Positions 1 to 9,781 are shown, numbered from the stretch's first letter. The stretch: 64,000 nucleotides of DNA from an uncultured Lachnospiraceae bacterium (GCA_964541485.1 CAZIQL010000009.1:327-64326), one strand, 5' to 3'. A program made the numbers and translations. Notes: generated by a model not told the origin, from the sequence alone.

Positions 1-1168
1 ATCTAATCGCCTGTACCTTTCCGGTATCTACCAGAAAATATTTATTCCCCCCTACCGGAAAAATTGCTTCCAGGCTACTGGCAAAATCACCCTCATATTT
101 CAGACTTCGGTTTTTCCTGTAGATTGTAATACTCTGAGGACTAAAAAAAATAACCTCTTCCTTTGTTGCAACCATTGTCTCATATTCCGGGATATCCGTC
201 CAGACCCGGTTTTTTAAAAGTCCGGAAAACAAACTGCCTTCTACCCCATAATAACACAGCTGTGTTTGTCCGGTCGCTGTCTTTTCTACCAGGTAAATCC
301 CATTTTCAGTCACCGAAACATCCAAAATCTCATTTTCGGTTGTCTGCTCCAGAAGCAATTCCGGAACCTCTGTCATACGATATACAGAAAATCCGTTTTC
401 ATAAAGGACGTAGACACCGTCTTCCGACATAAACCCGACATCATATACCAATACATTGTTTTCAAAGGTCTTCTGCCCCACAATGTTCCCGAGATAGTTT
501 TTCCCGACTTCTCCTGCATTGTAAAAGGTTACTTTGCCGACAATCTCGCTTCCCTCAAAGGTCTGGTAGAGGGTCACCAGCTTTTTGCCATCCTCCGAAA
601 GTGCAATGTCCGTCGGAATGCCATCTGTTTTTGTCTTTGTATTGATATCCACACGCAATGTCCCGTTAATATCGTACAGCTGGATAAAATCTTCCGTTCC
701 GTTGTCAAGAAGAACCGCGGTCACTCCTTGTTTTGCAACTGCATGCTTTACAATCGGATAAACCACCTGATAATTATACGGGATGCCATTCTCTGCAACA
801 ATATAAACCGTTGTTCCGCCAATGTCAGCAACTGCCGCCACATCCTTGCAATATTCTATGGAAGGATTGTCAAGATGATAGGACATTTCCCATTTTACAT
901 CTCCCTCCGGCGTGAGTGCCTTTGCACCGTCATTGCTGCACAAAAACAACAATCCGTTGCCTGCCTTATAACTGACAACATTTTTCTGAAGCTCCGTCTT
1001 TGCTATCATCTTATAGCTTCCAAACTGTCTTGTCTGCATATAAAACACAAGTGCAATCACCGCTATAACAAAAACCACCGCTACTACGACCAGGAACAAA
1101 CGTCTTTTTTTCTTTTTATTTCGCAGGTTAATTTCTTCCCTTTTATCCGCTACCTTCGTCTCTCCCAC
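1..1168 (-). CDS. Partial CDS (3' end off window): membrane-anchored hypothetical protein. It has a basic N-terminus and one TM, then a repeat-rich, probably beta-propeller-like ectodomain. It recalls the DUF5711 family (unverified).
   Basis: I translated the minus strand by hand. The frame is open from the window edge to a GTG at 1166-1168, which is preceded by AGGAAGAG. The N-terminus reads MGETKVADKREEINLRNKKKKRRLFLVVVAVVFVIAVIALVFY, followed by ...DGIPTDIALSEDGKKLVTLYQ.... It is absent from the ORF track because no stop codon lies in the window. The 319-aa plus-strand ORF 266..1225 is its antisense shadow. Confidence 0.6.
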   Translation of the reverse strand, partial: MGETKVADKREEINLRNKKKKRRLFLVVVAVVFVIAVIALVFYMQTRQFGSYKMIAKTELQKNVVSYKAGNGLLFLCSNDGAKALTPEGDVKWEMSYHLDNPSIEYCKDVAAVADIGGTTVYIVAENGIPYNYQVVYPIVKHAVAKQGVTAVLLDNGTEDFIQLYDINGTLRVDINTKTKTDGIPTDIALSEDGKKLVTLYQTFEGSEIVGKVTFYNAGEVGKNYLGNIVGQKTFENNVLVYDVGFMSEDGVYVLYENGFSVYRMTEVPELLLEQTTENEILDVSVTENGIYLVEKTATGQTQLCYYGVEGSLFSGLLKNRVWTDIPEYETMVATKEEVIFFSPQSITIYRKNRSLKYEGDFASSLEAIFPVGGNKYFLVDTGKVQAIR

Positions 1169-1255
1169 AAACTCTTCCTACTTTCTGTCTTCGTTCTCTG
1201 TTCCTTCATCTTACCACATCTTTAAAAAATTATCACTACTTTTCTTCCTTCCGTA

Positions 1256-2257
1256 TCATGGAAGAAATATTTTTTGACCGACTTCCGGATTTTCCCCTTC
1301 CCTTAATCCGTTTAGCGTCCTGATGATTTCTGCCAGCTCTTCCGAACCATAAACCGATGTGCAGATTGTCTCAATCGTTTCCCCGTCCTTTACCTCATAC
1401 ACTTCGCACAAAGAAGATACCACCTGTTCCTGCTCATTTAACAACGTCTTAAGATACTCCCTTTCATTGATTTCAACCGCAAGGGCTCCTATGGCAAAAA
1501 CCGCGAGACAGGCAAGCACACCTCCGGTGGCATATAAAAGCCGATACAGCTGATTTCCTGTCAAAACAGTGCGTCCCACAACCTCTTCCCTCCTGCTTTT
1601 AGGCACCACCGGTGCCTCTGTGTACTCCGGAAGCTTTGCCACCTGCTGCCTTGTCTGCATCATGTAATTCTGCATTCCTTCGTTTTTCTCATAATATACA
1701 TAATACCCCGGAAGCGGAAGCATCCTTCCGTTAATCATAGAAAGAAAACTCACTTCCCTCTCTATGGAATCCACCTTGAGCAAAATCTTGTCTCCCCCTC
1801 CGAAATTATCCGTCTGTATTTTCTTCTGACGACCTTCATCCTCCAGAAGAAATCCAGGTCCGCCCAAAAACCAGCCGACAATCTGCAGCTTCGGAAAATA
1901 ATCCCGGATATCCCGGTAAATTTCTGCCCAGTTTTCTTCTGTAAAACAGACCTGATCCCTCAGCATCACATTTTTTGCTTCCACAAGGCCTTCTATTCGT
2001 ATTCTTTCCCCATTCTCTGCGGAAACCGTACTGCCCACCAGCACACCGGCTACACATCCGCTGTAATCCTTTTCTGCCAGCCCTTTTGCAAAGGAAAGGG
2101 CATAATCTTCTATAAACAGTTCGGTTCCGCTATCTCCGGGACGGCCAATCTGCCGTCGGTTGCTCGGATAAACAAACTCTTTTCCGGGTGCCTCTGTGAT
2201 GATTCTTTGCTCATAAATCGTTTCTGTCATATGCCACCTCATCCGTTTTTTCTCCAT
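1256..2257 (-). CDS. Hypothetical protein: a degenerate MPN/JAB-like N-domain, one TM and a C-terminal LysM-like domain.
   Basis: 333-aa ORF. IVGWFLGGPGF sits where MPN proteins carry the (V)VGWYHSHP motif, so the metal-binding histidines are missing. The TM is GGVLACLAVFAIGALAV. The C-terminus YEVKDGETIETICTSVYGS..LAEIIRTLNGL...GQKIFLP fits a LysM pattern. The real start may be the internal M at residue 10. Confidence 0.6.
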   Translation of the reverse strand: MEKKRMRWHMTETIYEQRIITEAPGKEFVYPSNRRQIGRPGDSGTELFIEDYALSFAKGLAEKDYSGCVAGVLVGSTVSAENGERIRIEGLVEAKNVMLRDQVCFTEENWAEIYRDIRDYFPKLQIVGWFLGGPGFLLEDEGRQKKIQTDNFGGGDKILLKVDSIEREVSFLSMINGRMLPLPGYYVYYEKNEGMQNYMMQTRQQVAKLPEYTEAPVVPKSRREEVVGRTVLTGNQLYRLLYATGGVLACLAVFAIGALAVEINEREYLKTLLNEQEQVVSSLCEVYEVKDGETIETICTSVYGSEELAEIIRTLNGLREGENPEVGQKIFLP

Positions 2258-2379
2258 TATAGCACCATCCTCCTGCTGAATTTGACGGATTGTGTCAGAG
2301 GGAAATCTTTTTTTCGTAGGACAGTCTATTTCCGAAAAATCCGGTAATACTCTAATAAAAAGAGGAAAGGATTCTCTTC

Positions 2380-2937
2380 ATGCTTTATTTTAATTCAAAA
2401 CAACACTCATCTTCCTATGAGTTTGGCAGACAATTGTACCAAATGATTTCCTCCGAGCGAAGCACCTCCCAGCCGTTGATTTTTTTATGCATCGGCTCCG
2501 ACCGTGCTACCGGCGATTCTCTCGGCCCCATCATCGGGCAGAAGCTGATGCAACACCACAGCGATTCTGTCTACGTCTATGGAACCTTAGAGCAGCCGGT
2601 ACACGCAAAGAATTTGAGCGAAATCATCCATTCCATATATTCTGTCTTTGTAAACCCTTATGTTATCGCTATTGATGCCTCCTTAGGAAAGGCCTCCCAC
2701 ATAGGGTACTTTACACTGGCCCAAGGCGCACTCAAGCCCGGGGCCGGTGTAGGAAAAGAGCTCCCGGATGTCGGAAATCTTTATATTACAGGCATCGTAA
2801 ATCTGTCCGGCTTTTTAGAACACTCACTTTTGCAAACCACACGGCTTTATACGGTAATGTCCTTAGCCGACCACATTTGCAACGGCATCTTTTACTGTCT
2901 TGCAAAGCTTGAACAGCAAAAACGTATGAGCTCATAA
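2380..2937 (+). CDS. yyaC: Putative sporulation protein YyaC (GPR-like spore protease family).
   Basis: 185 aa. The motif IFLCIGSDRATGDSLGPIIGQKL and the overall length match YyaC family members as I recall them. Confidence 0.8.
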   Translation: MLYFNSKQHSSSYEFGRQLYQMISSERSTSQPLIFLCIGSDRATGDSLGPIIGQKLMQHHSDSVYVYGTLEQPVHAKNLSEIIHSIYSVFVNPYVIAIDASLGKASHIGYFTLAQGALKPGAGVGKELPDVGNLYITGIVNLSGFLEHSLLQTTRLYTVMSLADHICNGIFYCLAKLEQQKRMSS

Positions 2938-2942
2938 AATAA

Positions 2943-2976
2943 AGAGGTTGTTGCTACAACAACCTCTGCGTTTTTA
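2943..2976 (+). terminator. Rho-independent terminator, probably bidirectional, between yyaC and the convergent gene.
   Basis: AGAGGTTGTT (2943-2952) pairs perfectly with AACAACCTCT (2958-2967) around a 5-nt loop, and is followed by GCGTTTTTATTT. Confidence 0.6.
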
Positions 2977-4077
2977 TTTCATCTTTGCATCTTTCTCCAA
3001 GGCAAGTGCCTCACCGATATTGGCAGCCTCACCCTTTTCAATCCGGCTAATCAGACGGTCTAATTTTGCTACCGTCAACATATCCTTTCCAAGATATGTT
3101 TCATACTGTTTGGAAATCATCAGGGAATTTTCCTTCACCTTTTCTTCCACCGCCTTCTGCTCGTCTTCCACTTCCTTGCTTCTGGTACAAAGAGCATCCA
3201 GTTCTTCCTGATAACGGCCCTTGATGTCATTTGTTAAATCAACCGATGTCGCATTTTCAAACTTGGTCAGTTCTTCCTTCTCTTCTTCCGCAACTCTGTT
3301 GATTTCATCTTCCAGTGCCTTTAACTCGATGTCATACTGTTCTAAGCCATAGCTGCTCTCATCGGTATCACGCTCAATCTCTTTCTGAATCTCACGGATT
3401 TTCTTACAATTCTGACGATACTGCTGACGAAGTTCCCGATTGTCCTTTAAGGTATCCAGATGTTTTTCCTTTACTAAATTGTTTATAAGAAGATAGATTC
3501 CTCCAAAAAGAACTACATCTGCTATGTACACAACGGCAAGTGCCCATGCGCCGACTCTATGCGCAAGCAGGAACTGATATAACCCAAGCGGAAGGAAAAA
3601 AAATACTACTAAAACGCAGGCTGCCACAATACAGAATTCCGATATATTCTTTGGCAGAAACAAAGAATAGAACAGGGTGGAATTGCAAAATCTTGGCGTC
3701 TTATTCTTTTTTAAGTTTGTCTTAATGTCAATCTGAAGGCCTTTATTTGCTTCACGGAGTTCTGCCGTTTCATCACCAATGCGGGAAGAAACCTTTATGC
3801 TCTTCTCTTTTTCTTTTTTTGCTTTTATTTTTTTGCGTCTGGTGCCAAGTGTACTCAGCTGATTTTCATAAGAAGAAGTAATCGCATTTTTTCTTTTCTT
3901 CAGAGTAGACTCAATTTCATCCGACAGTTCCTTTTCCTTGCTTGCCAAGGTTTTGCCAAGGCGAGTTTCTTCCTTTAAAAGCTCTGCGTTTCTTTCCCGG
4001 AGTCCATCCAATTCCATAACATGTTCTTTAATCGTGTTCAGTTCTTCCACCCCTGCATATAAAATTGCATTTTCCAT
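2974..4077 (-). CDS. Hypothetical coiled-coil membrane protein with a central TM hairpin flanked by charged helical regions.
   Basis: 367-aa ORF. Long E/K/L-rich heptad-like segments flank FCIVAACVLVVFFFLPLGLYQFLLAHRVGAWALAVVYIADVVLFGGIYLLI. It sits tightly downstream of recR. Confidence 0.6.
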   Translation of the reverse strand: MENAILYAGVEELNTIKEHVMELDGLRERNAELLKEETRLGKTLASKEKELSDEIESTLKKRKNAITSSYENQLSTLGTRRKKIKAKKEKEKSIKVSSRIGDETAELREANKGLQIDIKTNLKKNKTPRFCNSTLFYSLFLPKNISEFCIVAACVLVVFFFLPLGLYQFLLAHRVGAWALAVVYIADVVLFGGIYLLINNLVKEKHLDTLKDNRELRQQYRQNCKKIREIQKEIERDTDESSYGLEQYDIELKALEDEINRVAEEEKEELTKFENATSVDLTNDIKGRYQEELDALCTRSKEVEDEQKAVEEKVKENSLMISKQYETYLGKDMLTVAKLDRLISRIEKGEAANIGEALALEKDAKMK

Positions 4078-4098
4078 ACCTACACCTCCGTTTTATTT

Positions 4099-4695
4099 TT
4101 ACAATTCTTTTCTACCTTCTAACGCCCGCAAAAGTGTAACCTCATCAATATATTCCAAATCTCCGCCCACCGGAACCCCGCTGGCAATCCTTGTCACCTT
4201 GATTCCCGCAGGCTTTAGCATCTTGCTGATATACATTGCCGTTGCTTCTCCCTCAATATTGGAGTTCGTGGCAATAATGACTTCTTTTACCTCCTGTTGC
4301 AGACGAATTAACAGCTCTTTTATCGTTAAGTCCGCCGGTGTGATATTAAGAAGCGGAGAAATCGCCCCATGAAGCACATGATACACTCCATTATATTTTC
4401 CGGTCTTTTCATATGCTGCCAGGTCCCTGGAATTTTCCACTACCATGATGGTCTGCTTATCTCTGGACGGGCTCGCACAAATCGGGCAGAGTTCATTGTC
4501 TGTCAAAGTAAAGCACTCCTTACATCTGCAGACCTTCTTTCTGGCTGTCACAATGGAATCTGCCAATACCTGTACCGATTCCTCCGGCATATTAATAATA
4601 TGAAACGCCAGTCTCTGTGCCGACTTGCTTCCGATGCCCGGAAGCGAGGACAATGTTTCTATTAACTTCGTTATCTGATTACTGTAATAATCCAT
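4099..4695 (-). CDS. recR: Recombination protein RecR.
   Basis: 198 aa. It has the HhH motif [14 protein letters not shown], a Cys4 zinc finger (CxxC...CxxC) and a Toprim region. It lies in the canonical dnaX-ybaB-recR order. Confidence 0.95.
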   Translation of the reverse strand: MDYYSNQITKLIETLSSLPGIGSKSAQRLAFHIINMPEESVQVLADSIVTARKKVCRCKECFTLTDNELCPICASPSRDKQTIMVVENSRDLAAYEKTGKYNGVYHVLHGAISPLLNITPADLTIKELLIRLQQEVKEVIIATNSNIEGEATAMYISKMLKPAGIKVTRIASGVPVGGDLEYIDEVTLLRALEGRKEL

Positions 4696-5039
4696 TAGAA
4701 CGGAAATCCTCCGCCAAGTCCTCCTGTGAGGGAATTCATTACTTCTGCATTGGCTGCCTCCATCTGACGGAGCGCTTCATTTGCTGCTGCCACAATTAAA
4801 TCCTGCAGCATTTCGATATCATCCGGATCCACAACCTCAGGACTTAACGTAACCGCTGTAATCTCCTTTTTACCGGATACGGTAACACTGACTGCACCGC
4901 CGCCTGCTGCCGCGGTAAATTCCTTTGTTTCCAGCTCCTGCTGCTTTTCTTCCATCTGACGCTGCATTCTCTGTGCCTGCTTCATCAGATTATTCATATT
5001 TCCGGGCATACCGCCCTGAAAACCTCCACGCTTTGCCAT
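4695..5039 (-). CDS. ybaB: Nucleoid-associated protein YbaB/EbfC.
   Basis: 114 aa. It has [23 protein letters not shown] and typical YbaB length, and sits between dnaX and recR. Confidence 0.9.
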   Translation of the reverse strand: MAKRGGFQGGMPGNMNNLMKQAQRMQRQMEEKQQELETKEFTAAAGGGAVSVTVSGKKEITAVTLSPEVVDPDDIEMLQDLIVAAANEALRQMEAANAEVMNSLTGGLGGGFPF

Positions 5040-5057
5040 AATATATAATCTCCTTCC

Positions 5058-6623
5058 TTAATCTACATACTCCACCGGAACCTTACTAATCAATTTTGTA
5101 ATATCCGGATAAATGCTGGATTCTTTGTTGTTTGATGCAAGTACTGTCTGTATTTCTATCTCTTTTTTTACCTGAGACTGAATCGTTCTTTTTACCTCTG
5201 CCAGATGCTCCTCCTCTGCCACAAGCTTTTTGTCAAACTCGTCATGAAATACAAGCAACAGCTGGTTCTCATTTCCGACACTCGGCTTTGCATTCTCAAC
5301 CGCCATACGGACCAATGGGGAAATTTTGTTTACGATACTGCGCCAATTCTGCGCCACCTCACGAATATCCTCCGGTAATGCTCTTGGAAAATTAACCGGT
5401 ATTTCCTCCTCCGGTTCTGCTATCACTGCCTGTGCCGCCACCGGTGCTCCTGCCTTCACGGCTACCACTCCGTTTTCCAACGTTTCCTCTAACTGTGCCA
5501 CCCGGTGGGAAAGCGCATCGTACTCTGTCTCCATCTGCGGTTTACAAAGCTTTATCAGCGCCACCTCCACCAAAACTCTCTTCTGGGAAGCATAGCGGAT
5601 TTTATTGGTCAAATCCGAAAAAATCCGGATATAACGCACTAATTGCTCGGAATCATTTGCATGAACTTCCCTTAAAAATTCCTCCCGATAATCTGTTGGA
5701 ATCTCCATGGTATCCATCAGCTCCTCCGACGCCTTTGTAAGCAACAGATTTCGCAGGTACCAGGTAAAATCCACTGTAAACTGGGTCAGTTCTCTTCCTC
5801 TTGCTACAATATCGTCCAAAAGGCTAAGACATTCTGTCACCTTTTGTTCCCGGATGTATGACATCAGCTTTCCAAAGACAGAGACATCCACCGTACCAAG
5901 AACCTCTAATACCTTATCATAAGTCAACGTTTCTCCCAGATAAAATGCCACACACTGATCCAAAAGGCTGATGGCATCACGCATGGAGCCATCTGCCGCC
6001 GTTGCAATATAACGGAGTGCCCTATCCTCTGTAGGAAGCTGCTCTGCCATTGTCAACTCCTTTAACCGGCCTGTGATTTCTTCTACCGTAATCCTTCGGA
6101 AATCGTATCTTTGACATCGGGACAGGATAGTAATCGGAATTTTGTGCACTTCCGTTGTCGCCAGAATAAAAATGACGTAAGACGGAGGCTCTTCCAATGT
6201 CTTTAAGAGCGCATTAAATGCTCCTGCCGAGAGCATATGCACCTCGTCAATAATGTAGACCTTGTACCTTCCTTCCGTCGGGGAATACCTCACCTCTTCG
6301 ACAATTTCTCGAATGTTATCTACACCATTGTTGGAGGCTGCGTCAATCTCTATCACATTCATGGAGGTCCCTGCCGCAATCGATTTGCACATGGCACATT
6401 CCCCACATGGATTTCCATCCACCGGATGCTCACAGTTTACCGCCCGGGCAAGAATTTGTGCAGACGTTGTCTTCCCGGTGCCTCTGGTCCCGGTGAACAA
6501 AAACGCATGCCCGATTCGTCCCGCTTTTATCTGGTTTCGTAAGGTTGTCACAATATGATCCTGTCCTTTGACATCTTCAAAGGTCGTCGGACGGAATTTT
6601 CGGTATAACGCCGTATATGACAT
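5058..6623 (-). CDS. dnaX: DNA polymerase III subunit gamma/tau.
   Basis: 521 aa. It has the Walker A motif GTRGTGKTT, a Cys cluster CxxxxxxxxCGECAMC, and the DEVHML and SRC motifs. Confidence 0.95.
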   Translation of the reverse strand: MSYTALYRKFRPTTFEDVKGQDHIVTTLRNQIKAGRIGHAFLFTGTRGTGKTTSAQILARAVNCEHPVDGNPCGECAMCKSIAAGTSMNVIEIDAASNNGVDNIREIVEEVRYSPTEGRYKVYIIDEVHMLSAGAFNALLKTLEEPPSYVIFILATTEVHKIPITILSRCQRYDFRRITVEEITGRLKELTMAEQLPTEDRALRYIATAADGSMRDAISLLDQCVAFYLGETLTYDKVLEVLGTVDVSVFGKLMSYIREQKVTECLSLLDDIVARGRELTQFTVDFTWYLRNLLLTKASEELMDTMEIPTDYREEFLREVHANDSEQLVRYIRIFSDLTNKIRYASQKRVLVEVALIKLCKPQMETEYDALSHRVAQLEETLENGVVAVKAGAPVAAQAVIAEPEEEIPVNFPRALPEDIREVAQNWRSIVNKISPLVRMAVENAKPSVGNENQLLLVFHDEFDKKLVAEEEHLAEVKRTIQSQVKKEIEIQTVLASNNKESSIYPDITKLISKVPVEYVD

Positions 6624-6624
6624 G

Positions 6625-7701
6625 TCAATTCTCCCTCTGTTTCCGATGTTCCTCTATCAGACCGAGCACCGTTTCAATCGCATTATTGAGTGTGCTCTTT
6701 TCCATTGCCGAAATATAATCCTCCTTATGCCCTGTCACATAACGGATTGCCTTTAACAAAGTATCATTTGTCAAATCCTCTTCCGGAAGCACATAGGAAT
6801 ATCCCTGATGCTCGAAGGATTCCGCATTTAAAATCTGGTCTCCGCGGCTGGCTGCTGCAGAAAGCGGGACCAGGATATTTGGCTTTCTAAGCGCTAAAAG
6901 CTCGCAGATGGAATTTGCTCCTGCTCTCGATATCACCAGATCCGATGCCGCAAATAAATCCTTCATTTCTTTGCTAATATACTCGAACTGACGGTAGCCC
7001 TCCATATTCTCATACTCCGGCGCTGCCTTTCCTTTGCCGCACAGGTGAATAATCTGATATTCCCTAAGCAACGTCGGCAGTAAATTTCTCACTGCCTCAT
7101 TGAGCGCCGCGGCTCCCGTACTGCCACCGACAATCATAATCACCGGTTTGTTTGCGGTAAAACCACAAAAGTCAAGACCGGCAATTTTGTTTCCGGCAAA
7201 AAGCTCTTCCCGGATTGGCGTTCCGGCAAGTACTGCTTTTTCTTCCGGAAGATACTTCATTGTCTCCGGAAAATTCGCACATACCTTTTGAGCCGCCGGA
7301 ATGCAGATTTTGTTGGCAAGTCCCGGTGTAATATCCGATTCATGGATAATACACGGAATTTTCTTGCCCTTTGCTGCAAGCACAACCGGAACCGAGACAA
7401 AACCGCCCTTTGAAAAAATAATATCCGGTTTCAGCTTTTTCATCAATCTTCCCGCTTCAAAATATCCTTTCAGAACCTTAAAAGGGTCGGAAAAATTCTT
7501 CAAATCAAAATACCGGCGAAGCTTTCCGGATGAAATTCCGTAATACGGAATGCCTGCCGCCTCAACCAGTCCTTTTTCTATTCCGTCATAAGATCCTATG
7601 TAGCTGATCTCATACCCTCTGCTTTTTAAATGAGGAATCAACGCCAGATTTGGTGTTACATGACCGGCGGTTCCTCCGCCTGTTAATACTATCCGTTTCA
7701 T
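6625..7701 (-). CDS. murG: UDP-N-acetylglucosamine--N-acetylmuramyl-(pentapeptide) pyrophosphoryl-undecaprenol GlcNAc transferase MurG.
   Basis: 358 aa. It has the N-terminal GGGTAGHVTPNLA motif and GT28 architecture. Confidence 0.95.
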   Translation of the reverse strand: MKRIVLTGGGTAGHVTPNLALIPHLKSRGYEISYIGSYDGIEKGLVEAAGIPYYGISSGKLRRYFDLKNFSDPFKVLKGYFEAGRLMKKLKPDIIFSKGGFVSVPVVLAAKGKKIPCIIHESDITPGLANKICIPAAQKVCANFPETMKYLPEEKAVLAGTPIREELFAGNKIAGLDFCGFTANKPVIMIVGGSTGAAALNEAVRNLLPTLLREYQIIHLCGKGKAAPEYENMEGYRQFEYISKEMKDLFAASDLVISRAGANSICELLALRKPNILVPLSAAASRGDQILNAESFEHQGYSYVLPEEDLTNDTLLKAIRYVTGHKEDYISAMEKSTLNNAIETVLGLIEEHRKQREN

Positions 7702-7858
7702 TTTAACCTATTACTCCTATTGTTCTATTGTTTCTATTCTACACCTTTTTATGCTTTTTGGCAATTCATAACCTTGCTTTCTTTCATTGAAAAAGCCTCT
7801 TTTTTATGCTATACTTTTTCTAATGTCAAAATAAATTTATTCGATGGAGGAATCACCC

Positions 7859-8557
7859 ATGAAACTCGGAATCATCGGTGCAATGGAAGAAGAGGTTGCA
7901 CAGTTAAAAGAAAAAATGACCGCCCTTACGATTACCACCAGGGCTTCTATGGAATTTTATGACGGACTGTTACTCGGAAAGCCGGTTACCGTTGTCCGCT
8001 CAGGTATCGGGAAAGTCAATGCCGGCTGCTGCACACAGATTCTTGCCGACTTATTCCATGTGGATGCCGTAATCAATACCGGTATTGCCGGATCTTTGGA
8101 TGCCTCCATTGACATCGGAGATATCGTGCTTTGTACAGATGCCATGCAGCATGATGTGGATGCCGTGGCGTTTGGCTACCCTCTTGGCACAATCCCCCGC
8201 ATGCCGGTTTCTGCATTTCCGGCCGATGCCACTCTGCGTTCCCTGGCGAAAACGCTCTGTGAGCAGGTAAACCCGGAAATCCACGTGCACGAGGGCCGCG
8301 TTGTTACCGGTGACCAGTTTATTGCAGACAAAGAAAAAAAGGATTTTATCACAGAACATTTTCATGGTATGTGTACCGAGATGGAAGGCGCTGCCATTGC
8401 TCAGGCTGCTTTTAATAACGGACTTCCGTTCCTGATCATCCGTGCCATCTCCGACAAAGCCGACAACTCGGCGCAGATGGACTATCCGACCTTTGAACGC
8501 CGGGCCATTGAACACACAGTAAAGCTGATGCTTGCCTTAGCAGAAAACATTGCTTAA
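7859..8557 (+). CDS. mtnN: 5'-methylthioadenosine/S-adenosylhomocysteine nucleosidase.
   Basis: MKLGIIGAMEEEV... together with TEMEGAA and SDKAD motifs. GGAGGA lies 7-8 nt upstream of the ATG at 7859, so the track ORF start at 7844 is probably too long. Confidence 0.9.
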   Translation: MKLGIIGAMEEEVAQLKEKMTALTITTRASMEFYDGLLLGKPVTVVRSGIGKVNAGCCTQILADLFHVDAVINTGIAGSLDASIDIGDIVLCTDAMQHDVDAVAFGYPLGTIPRMPVSAFPADATLRSLAKTLCEQVNPEIHVHEGRVVTGDQFIADKEKKDFITEHFHGMCTEMEGAAIAQAAFNNGLPFLIIRAISDKADNSAQMDYPTFERRAIEHTVKLMLALAENIA

Positions 8558-8570
8558 CTTCATAAAAACA

Positions 8571-8610
8571 GCCGGTATCCTGTCACACAGGCATACCGGC
8601 CTTTCTTTTT
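8571..8610 (+). terminator. Rho-independent terminator after mtnN, in a convergent gap.
   Basis: GCCGGTAT (8571-8578) pairs with ATACCGGC (8593-8600), followed by CTTTCTTTTTATTT. Confidence 0.6.
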
Positions 8611-9718
8611 ATTTCATATCCAGCAGTTCCATGATATACTCCGCTGCCATTCCGTAATCTTCATTTTCCACAACATAATCGCAGACCTCTTCGTTCCGCT
8701 TCTCATCATCAATGGAAATAATACGGTTAACTTTGTCTTCATTGGAACAATTCTTGTCAAGAATCGACTGAAGCAACTGCTTTTTATCACGCTTTACATA
8801 TATCGTCACAACGTCCTTGTAATTTGTCTTTAATGACATTGCTCCGCAAATATCTACAGCCGCAAGCACAATCTTTCCTTTTTCAAGAATGGCATCCACA
8901 TCTTCCTTCTTTGACCCAAAGCCATGACCGGCATACATCGTAGATTCAAAAAAGGTTCCTTGTTCCATCATCCGGAAAAAGGTCTTCTTGTCCACATAAT
9001 TGTACCAGTCATTTTCCTTTACGGATGTCCGGTCCTTTGTGGTATAGCTTACCAGCTTTTCAAAGCGGTTGCTCTTTTCCAGAAGCGTTTTTGCCACTTT
9101 GGTTTTCCCGGACCCGGACGGTCCGACCAACGCCACAATTCTTGCCTTCTTTAGGGAGCCTTCCACATCGGAATAGCTGGAAGTAATCACTTCGAGCAGT
9201 TTTAAAAACTCATCGTAGTTGTTTACCGCAAGCATTCCGGTTGCACTCTGATTCCATGGTTTTCTGAGCAGAATCGGGTATGCGGCATTGGACTTAAATA
9301 CATTGTGCATGCCGTCATCAAACAGGATATCGACATTAATCTTATCCTTTCTTGACCCCATGTAAATATGCTCCACCGGAATTTCCGGAAATTCCTCCAG
9401 AATTCTCTGAGCACGAATGCTCATAAACTGTGGTGCCACCGCTGTGGTAATAAACACCTCTGTCATCGTGGAGAGTTTCCGTACAAACTCCTTTGCCCCT
9501 TCCATGACCGGCTGGTTCTTAAAAAACTCCGGATCATTAAAAAATTCAAATATCACGTCCGCTCTTGTCCCAAGCTTACCCCACCGGTCCACCTCATAAA
9601 TGGTCAGCGGCGGATCAAATTTATATTTCTCATTGGCAAGCTTTATGGCATACGGAACGCATTCCATTAACAAATCATCCACATCGAGCGCTGTGGACAT
9701 TCGAAATCGTCTACCCAT
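8609..9718 (-). CDS. Two-domain protein: an N-terminal HAD-type 5'(3')-deoxyribonucleotidase-like domain fused to a C-terminal guanylate-kinase-like P-loop domain.
   Basis: 369 aa. The N-terminal LDVDDLL (DxD) and overall pattern resemble NT5C-type nucleotidases. The C-terminal half has GPSGSGKT, SYTTKDR and YAGHGFGS, which resemble but deviate from the Gmk motifs (SxTTRxxR, YGT). Confidence 0.65.
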   Translation of the reverse strand: MGRRFRMSTALDVDDLLMECVPYAIKLANEKYKFDPPLTIYEVDRWGKLGTRADVIFEFFNDPEFFKNQPVMEGAKEFVRKLSTMTEVFITTAVAPQFMSIRAQRILEEFPEIPVEHIYMGSRKDKINVDILFDDGMHNVFKSNAAYPILLRKPWNQSATGMLAVNNYDEFLKLLEVITSSYSDVEGSLKKARIVALVGPSGSGKTKVAKTLLEKSNRFEKLVSYTTKDRTSVKENDWYNYVDKKTFFRMMEQGTFFESTMYAGHGFGSKKEDVDAILEKGKIVLAAVDICGAMSLKTNYKDVVTIYVKRDKKQLLQSILDKNCSNEDKVNRIISIDDEKRNEEVCDYVVENEDYGMAAEYIMELLDMK

Positions 9719-9781
9719 TTCACACCTCCGCGCTCCGTTATTCTACCACAAAACTTTTCAAAAAGAAACTGTTTTATCTAA

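Noticed and set aside
266-1225. 319-aa plus-strand ORF, together with 163..432 and 733..915.
   Set aside because: It is Cys/His/Ile/Asn-rich with implausible composition. It lies exactly antisense to a clean minus-strand frame that encodes a TM-anchored protein running off the window edge. I treat it as a shadow ORF.
5163-5169. A AAA AAA slippery heptamer in the zero frame of dnaX (GTA AAA AAA GAG), reminiscent of the E. coli tau/gamma frameshift site.
   Set aside because: It lies about 35 codons from the natural stop. The -1 frame terminates after about 25 codons, so a shift would not produce a gamma-like truncated subunit. I saw no downstream stem-loop.
8051-8515. 154-aa minus-strand ORF inside mtnN.
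   Set aside because: It is antisense to a clearly identified nucleosidase gene, with no motifs and no RBS.
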